Shown here: one piece after another, positions 1 through 8,846 of the stretch
Position numbering within the stretch: the first letter of the stretch is position 1
Layout of the letters: each line of letters starts with the position of its first letter
NCBI GenBank assembly: GCA_048938895.1
Contig: JBHLLU010000075.1
Location: 1 to 16,220 of the forward strand
Source of the DNA: Promethearchaeota archaeon
GTDB taxonomy: Archaea; Asgardarchaeota; Lokiarchaeia; Sigyniarchaeales; SOKP01
Length of the DNA: 16,220 nucleotides
Reading direction: 5' to 3'
The notes under the pieces: model-generated
The model's input: the letters and a program-made list of their open reading frames with translations, nothing else
What the model was told of the DNA's origin: nothing
Databases searched by the model: none
Position numbers and translations under genes: made by a program

Positions 1-902
1 GGACAACAATCACTGCAACAATTACAGATTGCATCTTCACGAAGTTCCGGATTAGCCCGTAGATGCATAACTCTATGCACTAATCCATCATCACGTATCT
101 TCTCTAATAGTTCTAATGCTTCTTCTTTTGATATCAATCTCGCAAAGCCATGCTTTGCTGTATGAAGTGCACTTTTACCAAAAGTAAAGCAACTTTCTTT
201 AATATTCGTTTGCTTACATGGATTTCCAAGCACTCTTGCATGGTTTCGGCAATAACAATTCCCTACAGCTATATCATCATATTTTTCTACAATTTCATGA
301 ACTGTTTGAGTCGGTAATATCATATCTTGAGGCGATTCTATTGTTTCATCAATTAGAATTTGAATTTCCTCGCCAGTTGATTGATTAATACGACTGCTAA
401 TGATAGCTCTGCCAAAAGGAAGTACTTTGTCAATTGAGGATTTATATTTATTGTAATTTTCTTGAACATCTTTTCTTCTTTTTTCATATCGATTATGTTG
501 TAATCTCGCAAGTTCTTTTATGTCTTTATCCTCTATATCAATATCTCTCATAAATATATAATCAAATATTCGTCCAAAAGGAAGTACTCGATAAATCATT
601 AAACCATTGCTTGAAGGTTGATCCATCATTACACCATTCTTTGCAAGAACATCAACTTTAGCTAAAATTTCTTCATCAGTTAATTCGATACCAATTTTCT
701 TTAAACTTTCTTTCAATTCTTCCATGGTTAAAGAGCCTTTTTCCTCAAATGCTCTTATGAAATCAACATTATCTTCTCCAACAGCAATTTTGATTATTCC
801 TACTGTTTCCTCAGGAATTTTTATACCTTTCTTTGCTCTGGTTATGATTTCAGCAGCCTTTATAAATTTTTGTTCTAAATTTATTTCATCGCTTATTGAC
901 AT
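1..902 (-). CDS. Cys-rich 4Fe-4S-binding protein (partial, runs off the left edge; not in the supplied ORF track)
   Basis: Read manually: ATG at 902 (MSISDEINLEQKFIKAAEII...), open to the window edge. Contains GNCYCRNH...NPCKQ...ESCFTFG...ISKEEALELL...GLVH...AICNCCSDCC, the motif set of the 'CNCC..CC' Fe-S proteins that usually end in a ferredoxin domain (that domain would lie outside the window). Confidence 0.8.
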   Translation of the reverse strand, partial: MSISDEINLEQKFIKAAEIITRAKKGIKIPEETVGIIKIAVGEDNVDFIRAFEEKGSLTMEELKESLKKIGIELTDEEILAKVDVLAKNGVMMDQPSSNGLMIYRVLPFGRIFDYIFMRDIDIEDKDIKELARLQHNRYEKRRKDVQENYNKYKSSIDKVLPFGRAIISSRINQSTGEEIQILIDETIESPQDMILPTQTVHEIVEKYDDIAVGNCYCRNHARVLGNPCKQTNIKESCFTFGKSALHTAKHGFARLISKEEALELLEKIRDDGLVHRVMHLRANPELREDAICNCCSDCC

Positions 903-956
903 TTTTAATCAAGTTTATTTAATCATTTATTTTTTAAATGTACTTTGCTATTAGTT

Positions 957-973
957 CAGAAACTTTTTATAGT
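957..973 (+). promoter_or_regulatory. Putative archaeal BRE/TATA promoter for the DinB-family gene
   Basis: Purine-rich CAGAAAA followed by TTTTTATA about 30 nt upstream of ATG 1003. The AT-rich background makes this weak evidence. Confidence 0.35.
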
Positions 974-1002
974 CTCTAAAATTAGGGTGTAAAGATATTA
1001 AT

Positions 1003-1485
1003 ATGGAAAATCAGATCTTAAAAGATATTTCTAGTGGGTTTATTGGTGAATTGACTCATCTACACCCAAAAAAGGCGGTTAAAGGACTAACTCCAGATAT
1101 TGCGAGAAAAAAACCAAATAACCTCGATCATTCATGTTGGGATTTATTACATCATATAGTTTTTTGGCAGGATATTTTGCTAAAGAATCTTGAAGGAGAA
1201 TTCATGGATTGGTATCCCCCATATGATAAAAATTGGCCCACTAAAGAAATTTTGAATGATGATGATAATTTCTCAAAGTTAATAGAAAAGTTCAATAGTA
1301 ATCTCGAAATAGTAATAGTAAAAACCAGAGATATTAATCTTATGGATCGGATTGAAATTGGAGCACCACTTCCACCTGATGTTACTTATTTCAGGATTCT
1401 CCTTGTATTTCTACAGCATACATCTTATCATCTGGGACAGTTGGTTACTACAAGGAAAATTTTAGGAGATTGGGAAGGAAAGTAA
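1003..1485 (+). CDS. DinB/YfiT-like four-helix-bundle metalloprotein (DinB_2 family)
   Basis: 160 aa; 'HSCWDLLHHIVFWQ' and C-terminal 'QHTSYHLGQL' give the His-triad pattern of the DinB superfamily. Confidence 0.8.
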   Translation: MENQILKDISSGFIGELTHLHPKKAVKGLTPDIARKKPNNLDHSCWDLLHHIVFWQDILLKNLEGEFMDWYPPYDKNWPTKEILNDDDNFSKLIEKFNSNLEIVIVKTRDINLMDRIEIGAPLPPDVTYFRILLVFLQHTSYHLGQLVTTRKILGDWEGK

Positions 1486-1632
1486 TTACCACTTATTTTC
1501 ACCTATTCATCCAAATTGATTATTAAGACCAAAAATTATTATACTCCTCTAATTCGTCATAAATACATAAAATAATTATATTATCTAGCATAATTAATTT
1601 TAATCAAGAATTTATATGGGGAGCAGTACTAT

Positions 1633-2706
1633 TTGGCCGAAATTAAGCCTAAAATCTTAGTTGTTTCTGATATTCACTTAGGATCTTTAGATTGTGAAAA
1701 AGATCAATTTATTCAATTTTTACGAGAAATCCTTAGTGGTGCATTTGGAGAAGAATTAAATTCCCTTTTAATATTAGGAGATTTCATTGATTTGTGTACC
1801 GATGTTCCTAGAATTCTTTTAGAAAGGCAGAAAGTCCAAGAAATATTTAGCCTACTATTAGAAATTAAACAGCGGTTAAACTTAATTTTTGTATTGGGGA
1901 ATCATGAAATTTCTGTTATTGGAAATTACGATGAGAAATTTAAACGTCGAAAAGAAAAATACCTCCGACGATTTCAAAATAGCGATTATGTAGAGTTATT
2001 TGATAACGATATTTATTGCCAATACTTATTATTAAAAAAAGGAAACAGTGAAGATCTATTGTTATTGTATGATACAAGAGATCAAATTGAGGAGGATCCG
2101 ATTAACAAAATTAAAATTGGTAACCTTGAATTGAACGAGGATTATAGATGCTTTATGACCCATGGTTATCAATTTGATGGAGATGTTTATCGTTTTTTTG
2201 TCGGACAGATTTGGAAATCTTTAATTTCTAATAAGAAATTTGAAATAAAAGAGACTTTTGATTATTTCTGGAACGAAGTAATTAAAAACGGCAAGAAAAT
2301 AAAACCTGTTACCGTTAAAATGATGATAGAAGATTTAGCTAATTTAAAAAATGTGTCTTTAGAATCTCAACAAGCTCTCTTTTCAGAATTAAGTTCGTTA
2401 GAATTTAACCTAATTAAGGCTAATATGCGTGTTATGAAAAAATATGAGCATGCTAGTAAACCAGATTATTATTTTGGTGAGATTAAAAGGTTTTTAGAGG
2501 ATGATGATTATGAATTTTCAAGAATCAATCATCTAATATACGGACATTCCCACCGTAAACAAGAGTATAATGGAATTGTGAACAACCATCTAATAAAAAT
2601 TGTTAACGATGGTTCATGGCAGCATACGGAACCATCTTATGCAGAAATTTATAAAGAGGGAAGAATAAAACTAAAAAATTATGAGTTTAAGCCCTTAATA
2701 GAATGA
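1633..2706 (+). CDS. Calcineurin-like metallophosphoesterase (LpxH/YbbF-like subgroup possible)
   Basis: All five MPP motifs in order: SDIHLG, GDFID, GNHE, THG, GHSH, plus NDGSW. TTG start. Confidence 0.85.
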   Translation: MAEIKPKILVVSDIHLGSLDCEKDQFIQFLREILSGAFGEELNSLLILGDFIDLCTDVPRILLERQKVQEIFSLLLEIKQRLNLIFVLGNHEISVIGNYDEKFKRRKEKYLRRFQNSDYVELFDNDIYCQYLLLKKGNSEDLLLLYDTRDQIEEDPINKIKIGNLELNEDYRCFMTHGYQFDGDVYRFFVGQIWKSLISNKKFEIKETFDYFWNEVIKNGKKIKPVTVKMMIEDLANLKNVSLESQQALFSELSSLEFNLIKANMRVMKKYEHASKPDYYFGEIKRFLEDDDYEFSRINHLIYGHSHRKQEYNGIVNNHLIKIVNDGSWQHTEPSYAEIYKEGRIKLKNYEFKPLIE

Positions 2707-2835
2707 ATTTAGATGATCAACTTGAGTTGAGAACTAAGATCTTATATTTAAATAATGTTCACAATTTATATCTCAATTTTTCTTTTAAATTATTAGTTCT
2801 AATATTTATTATTTATTGGGGTTTAGAGAATATTT

Positions 2836-3444
2836 ATGACAGCACGCGATTCACCAATATTTCGGGTAAATAACGAAAATAAACCGATATATATTTTTAA
2901 AATCGTTATTCTAGGTCAAGAACGAGTAGGAAAAACTTGTATCGCCAAACGTTTATGTTTTAATACTTTTGATGTTCACACAAAAGAAACCTTAGGAATT
3001 GAGTTTTATACATATGATCTACCCGTTGCTGTTGCGGGTGAAAAAACGTTTGTAAGAATCAGCATATGGGATTTTGGGGGGCGAGAACAGTTTAAAAAAC
3101 TATTTCCTTATTATATAAATGGTGCTAACGGTATATTTATGGTATTTAGTTTGGTTGATCTTCAAACTTTGCTGAGGTTAGATTGGTGGTATGAACGATT
3201 AGGGGAACATAACCAAGCTGAAACTCCGAGAATGTTTGTCGGAGCAAAAAATGATCTTGTTGAAAATGTTGATGATAAGACCCGAGTAGATAAACTAGTC
3301 ATAGATCGTTTTATGAAACGTCACGATGAAAGCGACTTCTTTAAGACCTCTTCTAAAGATAACTTTAACATTAAAGAAATCTTTAAAAACCTGATAATAA
3401 AGATATTGGACAAGAACGGATTAGATTATGATAAACTTGATTAA
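2836..3444 (+). CDS. Ras-superfamily small GTPase, Rab-like (eukaryotic signature protein)
   Basis: FKIVILGQERVGKT (G1), ETLGIEF (G2), IWDFGGRE (G3), GAKND (G4), TSSK (G5); 202 aa; no C-terminal prenylation cysteine. Confidence 0.9.
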   Translation: MTARDSPIFRVNNENKPIYIFKIVILGQERVGKTCIAKRLCFNTFDVHTKETLGIEFYTYDLPVAVAGEKTFVRISIWDFGGREQFKKLFPYYINGANGIFMVFSLVDLQTLLRLDWWYERLGEHNQAETPRMFVGAKNDLVENVDDKTRVDKLVIDRFMKRHDESDFFKTSSKDNFNIKEIFKNLIIKILDKNGLDYDKLD

Positions 3445-3504
3445 TTGAATGTATTCTAATTGTTCTCATTCATAATTTAATAACATTTTCTAAGTGATTT
3501 TATA

Positions 3505-4584
3505 ATGGTCAGAATATTTCATGAAAAAGATGGAGATATTTCAAAAATAGATGGAAAAACTATTGCTATTATTGGTTATGGGAATCAAGGGCGTGCTCAA
3601 GCTCTTAATTTAAGAGATTCAGGGCAAGAAGTAATCATTGGAAATATCGAGGATGAATACAAAAATATTGCTCTTAATGATGGTTTTGATGTCTTTTCTA
3701 TAAAAGAAGCGATCCTCAAATCAGAAATAATCTTTATTCTAATACCTGATGAGATAATGAATGATGTCTTCGAGAGATATATAAGACCAAATATTAATAG
3801 CAACTCAGGATTAGTATTTGCGAGTGGATATAACATTGGATTTGAATTATTGAAACCTCCTAAAGATATTGACATCCTATTAATTGCTCCCAGAATGATC
3901 GGTATTGGTGTGAGAGAATCCTATCTTAAAAATGAAGGATTTTTTAGCTTTCTTGGAATTGAACAAGATGCAACTGGTCATGCCCAGGAAATCCTATTGG
4001 CATTAGCCAAAGCGATTGGAACATTGAGAAAAGGGGGGATAATGATGAGTTTTAAGCAAGAAGCAGAATTAGATTTATTCAATGAACAAGCATTTGGTCC
4101 TGCATTTGGAAGAGTCTTATTATCAAGTATTTATACCCTAATTGATGCGGGATATCCTCCAGAGGCAGTATTAATTGAGATGTATATGAGTGGAGAAATG
4201 GCATATACTTATAAAAAAATGGCTGATATAGGATTAATTAAACAAGTAGATTATCATTCTCAAACAAGTCAATATGGTGCTATGAGTCGAGGTATACGAT
4301 TTAGGAAGCTTCCTCTCAAATCAAAAATGAGTGAAATTCTAATAGAAATTCAAGATGGTGAATTTACTAATGAGTGGGAGAAAAAAATTACTAAACTTAA
4401 ATTTAAGGTAATTAAGTATTTTGCGACAAAACAAAAGATAAATAAAATCGAAAAGGAAGTCAGAAAAAACCTAAACTTGAAATTATACAATATATACGAA
4501 GAAAAACCACCCTCCCAAGAAGAGCTTTCTGAATTGAAAAAGATTTCAGAAGATTTAGAGAAGTTTAAACAATACTATGAATAA
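3505..4584 (+). CDS. ilvC: Ketol-acid reductoisomerase (class I KARI), divergent IlvC2-like
   Basis: IAIIGYGNQGRAQALNLRDSG Rossmann motif, LIPDE, QDATG, EAELDLFNEQ Mg-binding motif, AGYPPE and SQTSQYG. Confidence 0.88.
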   Translation: MVRIFHEKDGDISKIDGKTIAIIGYGNQGRAQALNLRDSGQEVIIGNIEDEYKNIALNDGFDVFSIKEAILKSEIIFILIPDEIMNDVFERYIRPNINSNSGLVFASGYNIGFELLKPPKDIDILLIAPRMIGIGVRESYLKNEGFFSFLGIEQDATGHAQEILLALAKAIGTLRKGGIMMSFKQEAELDLFNEQAFGPAFGRVLLSSIYTLIDAGYPPEAVLIEMYMSGEMAYTYKKMADIGLIKQVDYHSQTSQYGAMSRGIRFRKLPLKSKMSEILIEIQDGEFTNEWEKKITKLKFKVIKYFATKQKINKIEKEVRKNLNLKLYNIYEEKPPSQEELSELKKISEDLEKFKQYYE

Positions 4585-4592
4585 ATTAATTT

Positions 4593-5561
4593 CTATATTA
4601 AGATAATAACTACACCTAAAATTGTTAAGATTACACCAATAAAACCAAATTTAGTTATAGTTTCCTTGTTGATGATATAAGTAAGCGGTAATGCGAATAA
4701 CGGAGCAGCACTTGCAATTAAAGCCACAACATTAGCAGTTGCAATGTGTACGGATTCCGTATATAGATATGACCCAATTGAAGTTCCTATAATAGATGCA
4801 ACCAATAATATAATATACGTTCGAAGAGACTTATTCTGGGAAGTTGTTGTATTATTTATTTTTTTAAAATAATTTTCCCTTAATACCATCGAACTTAAAA
4901 TTAGTAGAGCAAATGGAAAGCGGATTACATTTCCGATTATAGAGGTAAGCTCTTTTATTTGAATAATTTGTTCTATTTTATCTGTAGCTATTTCAATCAT
5001 AACAGCTCCAACTGCCCATCCTAAAGCAGCGGTAAGACAAAAAATAATTGCTTTAATAATTGTTTTGTTAAAAATTTGTAAAGAAGATATTTTTTGATTT
5101 TGGAATTTCTCTACTTCCTCAGAGTATTCAGATCCTGTTTTAGATTTACCAATAATAGTGATTCCAACACCAATTAGTAGAAGGGAGAGAAGTAAATTGA
5201 GCTTAAATGAACGATCAAGAAAAATCAAAGATAATATGAATGTAAACAAGGGAAAAGTCATTGAAATTGCAAGAGCTATTGTCGTTCCAAGTTCTTTTTG
5301 AGCAGAAAAATAAGCTGTATCTCCTATTACTTGACCAAAAACAAAACTTAAAATTAGAATAATCCATAATTCCCAAGGGATTTGAATTAAAAGGTCAAAT
5401 TGATTTATAATTAGTACTATAATGACAAATGTTATTGTACCAACCGCAGTTCGAAAAAAATTAATAAAAGTGGGGCTAGCTTCATGCTCTGTTTTACGAA
5501 ATAGTACATTAGAACCAACAAATGTAAGTACAGCAAAAATTGCTATAACTTCACCTAGCAT
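4593..5561 (-). CDS. DMT/EamA-family transporter
   Basis: About 10 hydrophobic segments in two repeats: 'FINFFRTAVG...GQVIGDTAYF...[12 protein letters not shown]' and 'GNVIRFPFA...GTSIGSYLY...PLFALPLTYIINKE...GVILTILGV'. Confidence 0.88.
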   Translation of the reverse strand: MLGEVIAIFAVLTFVGSNVLFRKTEHEASPTFINFFRTAVGTITFVIIVLIINQFDLLIQIPWELWIILILSFVFGQVIGDTAYFSAQKELGTTIALAISMTFPLFTFILSLIFLDRSFKLNLLLSLLLIGVGITIIGKSKTGSEYSEEVEKFQNQKISSLQIFNKTIIKAIIFCLTAALGWAVGAVMIEIATDKIEQIIQIKELTSIIGNVIRFPFALLILSSMVLRENYFKKINNTTTSQNKSLRTYIILLVASIIGTSIGSYLYTESVHIATANVVALIASAAPLFALPLTYIINKETITKFGFIGVILTILGVVIILI

Positions 5562-5632
5562 CTTGAAACTAAATTAAAGAATACATAAATTGTTTTCTAT
5601 CCCATCTACTATAAAATATTATGGAAATAAAA

Positions 5633-7111
5633 CTAGATTTTTTTGCTAAGTTCTTTTATTTTTTTACCATATTCAAAAAGTTTCAAAAATGACACGGCGG
5701 TTGCTTCAAGAGAAGAGTATACAAGAAAATTATCTTTAAGAAGCATATCAATAAAAATTTTTTGAGATTCACTCGGATATTGATGTAGAATAATAATCAT
5801 AATCTTATTTTGGTTTTCAACATAATCTCGAATTTCTAACAAGTTTTTATAATAACCCTTGAATTGTTGGCCTTCAAGATCTTTCCAGGCATCTGTTTCT
5901 ACTATTATTAAACTAATGTTTTCGTCCACAGCAGCCTTAGTCACCTCTACAAGTTCTTTCTGATATGTTACAAAAGGTAAATCTAACGGATTGGCTAAAC
6001 TCCCCACCCGTATCGGATAGATATTCGTAAGTTTTTCAAGAGTTTCCCCTTTAAAGTGAGGGACTTCTAATCCCATTTCTATTAAGGTATCTGTCGCTAA
6101 AATACCAAATCCACCAGACCATAATATAATTAAGGCTCTTTTGTTTTTTGGGTATTCAATCTTTCTTTTTAGTGTCCTAAAACGATTATAATAGGAAGAA
6201 AATAAGTATGTAATATCGATTAACTTATCTAATGAAGAAGGAATTTCAACTATTGGTGTTTGTTTAAAAACAGCATCCCAAATATTCTTATTAGTCGCCA
6301 ACGAACCTGTATGAGATAATACAGCGGTTTGCCCTCTTTCAGTTTTTCCACCCCTCATAAATAAAACTGGTTTTTTCATACTTTTTAAAACCTGGAGTAA
6401 ATTTTTTCCCTCATTCTTATGAATTGGAGAGATACCCTCAAAATAAACGCAAATTACATCTGTATTCTCATCTTCATTTAAATATTCTAGAACATCGGAA
6501 ATTTGAATATCAATACAATTTCCAATACTTACTCCAATCGAAAATCGGAGATGATATCTCCGAGATCCAAATTTAATCAATTTTGAGTGTAAATCCCCAG
6601 ATTGAAAAATTAAGCCAATATTTCCTGGTTCTTCCGGAAAGGAAGAATAATAAGCTGTTTTTCCACGTGGGCTATAAACTCCCATACAATTTGGACCAAT
6701 ACTTCTTGTATTCCCGTATTTTTCTAGAATATTTTTTATCTCACTTTCGATTTCGCTACCTTTTTGATCAAATTCTCCCGTACCTGCAGTAAATATATGT
6801 ATAAAATTCACTCTCTTCTTTATAAGTATTTCCTGTAGCGTTTCAACTAGAAGGTCTCTTCTTATTGACAATATCAATAAATCAATTTGATCTATGGGAA
6901 TTTCATCTATTGACTTATAACACCTAATCCCTAGAAAAGATTCTACTTTAGGAGATATTAAATATAAATTATCAAGATTAAAGCCTTGTCTTTTAAATCC
7001 TCTTACAAAGAATTCCACTGCGTTGCTTATTCTATAGATAACTACATTTCTTGGTTTAAATAGTAACTCTAGAGAATGTCCGTTATCATTTGATTCCAAC
7101 ATTTTCCTCAT
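5633..7111 (-). CDS. Acyl-CoA synthetase (NDP-forming) alpha-subunit-like CoA-binding protein
   Basis: LFKPRNV, FTAGTGE, IGPNCMG, QSG, VSIGN, phospho-His motif SHTGSLA, SGGFG and NPLDL. The true start may be the ATG at 7102. Overlaps the upstream gene, suggesting co-transcription. Confidence 0.85.
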   Translation of the reverse strand: MRKMLESNDNGHSLELLFKPRNVVIYRISNAVEFFVRGFKRQGFNLDNLYLISPKVESFLGIRCYKSIDEIPIDQIDLLILSIRRDLLVETLQEILIKKRVNFIHIFTAGTGEFDQKGSEIESEIKNILEKYGNTRSIGPNCMGVYSPRGKTAYYSSFPEEPGNIGLIFQSGDLHSKLIKFGSRRYHLRFSIGVSIGNCIDIQISDVLEYLNEDENTDVICVYFEGISPIHKNEGKNLLQVLKSMKKPVLFMRGGKTERGQTAVLSHTGSLATNKNIWDAVFKQTPIVEIPSSLDKLIDITYLFSSYYNRFRTLKRKIEYPKNKRALIILWSGGFGILATDTLIEMGLEVPHFKGETLEKLTNIYPIRVGSLANPLDLPFVTYQKELVEVTKAAVDENISLIIVETDAWKDLEGQQFKGYYKNLLEIRDYVENQNKIMIIILHQYPSESQKIFIDMLLKDNFLVYSSLEATAVSFLKLFEYGKKIKELSKKI

Positions 7112-7691
7112 GTTTTAGTATTATTTTTGAATTACACTTATAACAATAAAGTGGTGTAGAATTAAATTCTAAACCACAGTTTGGGCATTTTGATTTTATT
7201 TTGTTTACAATAATATTTAGATTTTCTCTTTGTTCTTCAGTTTTTTTCCTAGTAATTCTATTTAGAATCAGAGAGAGTCCTATTGATAGCACTACAATTA
7301 GAAAACCTAGAAATAATGAATGTAAAAAATGCTCTAAGAAATAAGAATCGAAATAATCCCTTGAAATATTATAAAGAAAGGCAAAGACAAAAAAGTTAGG
7401 GAAGAAAAAGGTCAGCAAATTCATAGAATAGGCTTTTTTAAAATTATTATGGAGGAAAATAGGGATCAATGAGACAATAAACCAAATCATATATATGAAA
7501 AACATATCTGTTAAGTTATTAAACATTACATATTTTGCAATGAACTGAATAATTCTTTTCTGGGAAATGGAAACAGTACTATCAAAATTAATTTCAAATT
7601 GATAGCCAAAATAAAATAAAATCAAACTCAGAATTAGGATCTGAATCAGAAAAAGAATTATTTTACTCCTAAAAAATTCTATTATCTTCAT
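7086..7691 (-). CDS. Hypothetical membrane protein with C-terminal zinc ribbon
   Basis: About four hydrophobic helices followed by CPNCG-x9-CYKC. Confidence 0.75.
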   Translation of the reverse strand: MKIIEFFRSKIILFLIQILILSLILFYFGYQFEINFDSTVSISQKRIIQFIAKYVMFNNLTDMFFIYMIWFIVSLIPIFLHNNFKKAYSMNLLTFFFPNFFVFAFLYNISRDYFDSYFLEHFLHSLFLGFLIVVLSIGLSLILNRITRKKTEEQRENLNIIVNKIKSKCPNCGLEFNSTPLYCYKCNSKIILKHEENVGIK

Positions 7692-7749
7692 TACTAATTA
7701 CATAAATTCTATCCATAAATTAAACTCTTTTAAACTGAAATATTACTAA

Positions 7750-8107
7750 AAAAATGATTATTTTGGTTATAGGATACTTTATCACAAAGGCTTTGAGAAA
7801 ACGAAAGAATTGCTTAAATCATCAATTAAAGAGCCTCTTAATACATTAATTTAGGAAATATATTCAAAATTATTACAGACGCGGATATTCAGATGAACAG
7901 ATTGTAGAAAAAATGGAATTCTTCCAAAGAGCGGCCCAAAGACCGCATGAACGAGAAGAAGGGAGATTTAGAGATCCAATTCTTTCACTTGAGTATCATT
8001 TAAAAGATTGGTTTGATGATGAATGTAATACTCCTGCTCGAATAAGAGAATTTTTATTATCTCATACCCTAAGAGAATTTTTTAATAGATACTCACGAGG
8101 AAATTAA
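7750..8107 (+). pseudogene. Possible degraded gene remnant containing the 64-aa ORF 7913..8107
   Basis: The frame of ORF 7913 stays open upstream to 7850 (FRKYIQNYYRRGYSDEQIVEK-M). An adjacent frame upstream reads NDYFGYRILYHKGFEKTKELLKSSIKEPLNTLI* and would join it if one T were removed at about 7850-7852. No family recognised. Confidence 0.3.
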
Positions 8108-8150
8108 TTGAAATACATGTAGCATCAAATCATTAAATTTTTTCTCCTAT

Positions 8151-8190
8151 AAAGTTTAAATATTAATACGATATTATAAAAAATAGGTGA
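8151..8190 (+). promoter_or_regulatory. Putative TATA box and Shine-Dalgarno for ORF 8201
   Basis: AAAG-TTTAAATA at 8151-8162 and GGTGA at 8186-8190 before ATG 8201. Confidence 0.4.
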
Positions 8191-8200
8191 AAAATAAAAG

Positions 8201-8623
8201 ATGGGTAAAGACACACCGTTTGTAATGGAAGGTGATGATGAATTTGATGTCGAATTGACCATTTATAAATTAATTGGATATAAGTATCCGGATTATAAGG
8301 ATGATGCTCCTGAATCTTTGCCTCCTCGAGAACTACTAGAAAAACATCTGTTAGATCCTAGCAGTAAATTGCGAAAATTGTTAGATGATTGTAAGATTGG
8401 TTATTTGGAATTTCTGATTCTTGGGGGACTCATTTTAAAGACTGGGGCAACGCTTCCTGAGAAATTAAAAGAGAAAATATTAAAAACGGCCCAATGGAAA
8501 ATAGAGAAAGATCGGTGGAAATATACTGATAACGAATTTAAAAAATTAAGAAAAGATTTTCTTGAAGATTTTCGAGAAAAAATAGAAAATCATAGAGTAG
8601 GTGTTAAAACAGATGTTTTATAA
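8201..8623 (+). CDS. Hypothetical protein (140 aa)
   Basis: Open frame with typical codon usage, GGTGA SD and upstream TATA-like box; no recognised family. Confidence 0.7.
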   Translation: MGKDTPFVMEGDDEFDVELTIYKLIGYKYPDYKDDAPESLPPRELLEKHLLDPSSKLRKLLDDCKIGYLEFLILGGLILKTGATLPEKLKEKILKTAQWKIEKDRWKYTDNEFKKLRKDFLEDFREKIENHRVGVKTDVL

Positions 8624-8646
8624 TGAAACATCCAGCACACTTTTTT
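8612..8646 (+). terminator. Possible terminator: hairpin spanning the stop codon, then oligo-T
   Basis: GATGTTTTA(8612-8620)/TGAAACATC(8624-8632) 9-bp stem with one G-U pair and a TAA loop; T6 at 8641-8646. Confidence 0.3.
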
Positions 8647-8831
8647 GTATTTAAGATTTTAGTAAAAATCGAAAATTTTTTATTTTTTAGTGTATTATTT
8701 TTCTTACAGTGAAAAGCTTGTCACCTTTTTTCTTAACAAAGTGTTTTATTAAAATTATAAGAGGATGTTTTCTTCCATGAAAAGTCCTTTTATGCTTAAA
8801 ATTATAATGTTTATGGAGGTATTATAAATTT

Positions 8832-8837
8832 GGAGGT
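8832..8837 (+). promoter_or_regulatory. Shine-Dalgarno for rpoA1
   Basis: GGAGGT 9 nt before ATG 8847; a second TGGAGGTATT copy lies 17 nt upstream (8814-8823). Confidence 0.65.
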
Positions 8838-8846
8838 ATTTAGCTT

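Noticed and set aside
724-954. 76-aa + strand ORF
   Set aside because: Antisense shadow of the Fe-S protein gene (1..902, minus strand).
3597-6792. Small ORFs 3597..3875(-) and 6583..6792(+)
   Set aside because: Antisense shadows inside ilvC and the acyl-CoA synthetase gene; no recognisable motifs.
8637-8744. Long-range pairing ACACTTT...TTAAGA with TCTTAA...AAAGTGT in the intergenic region
   Set aside because: Short, interrupted and almost all A-U pairs in very AT-rich sequence; plausible by chance without covariation data.
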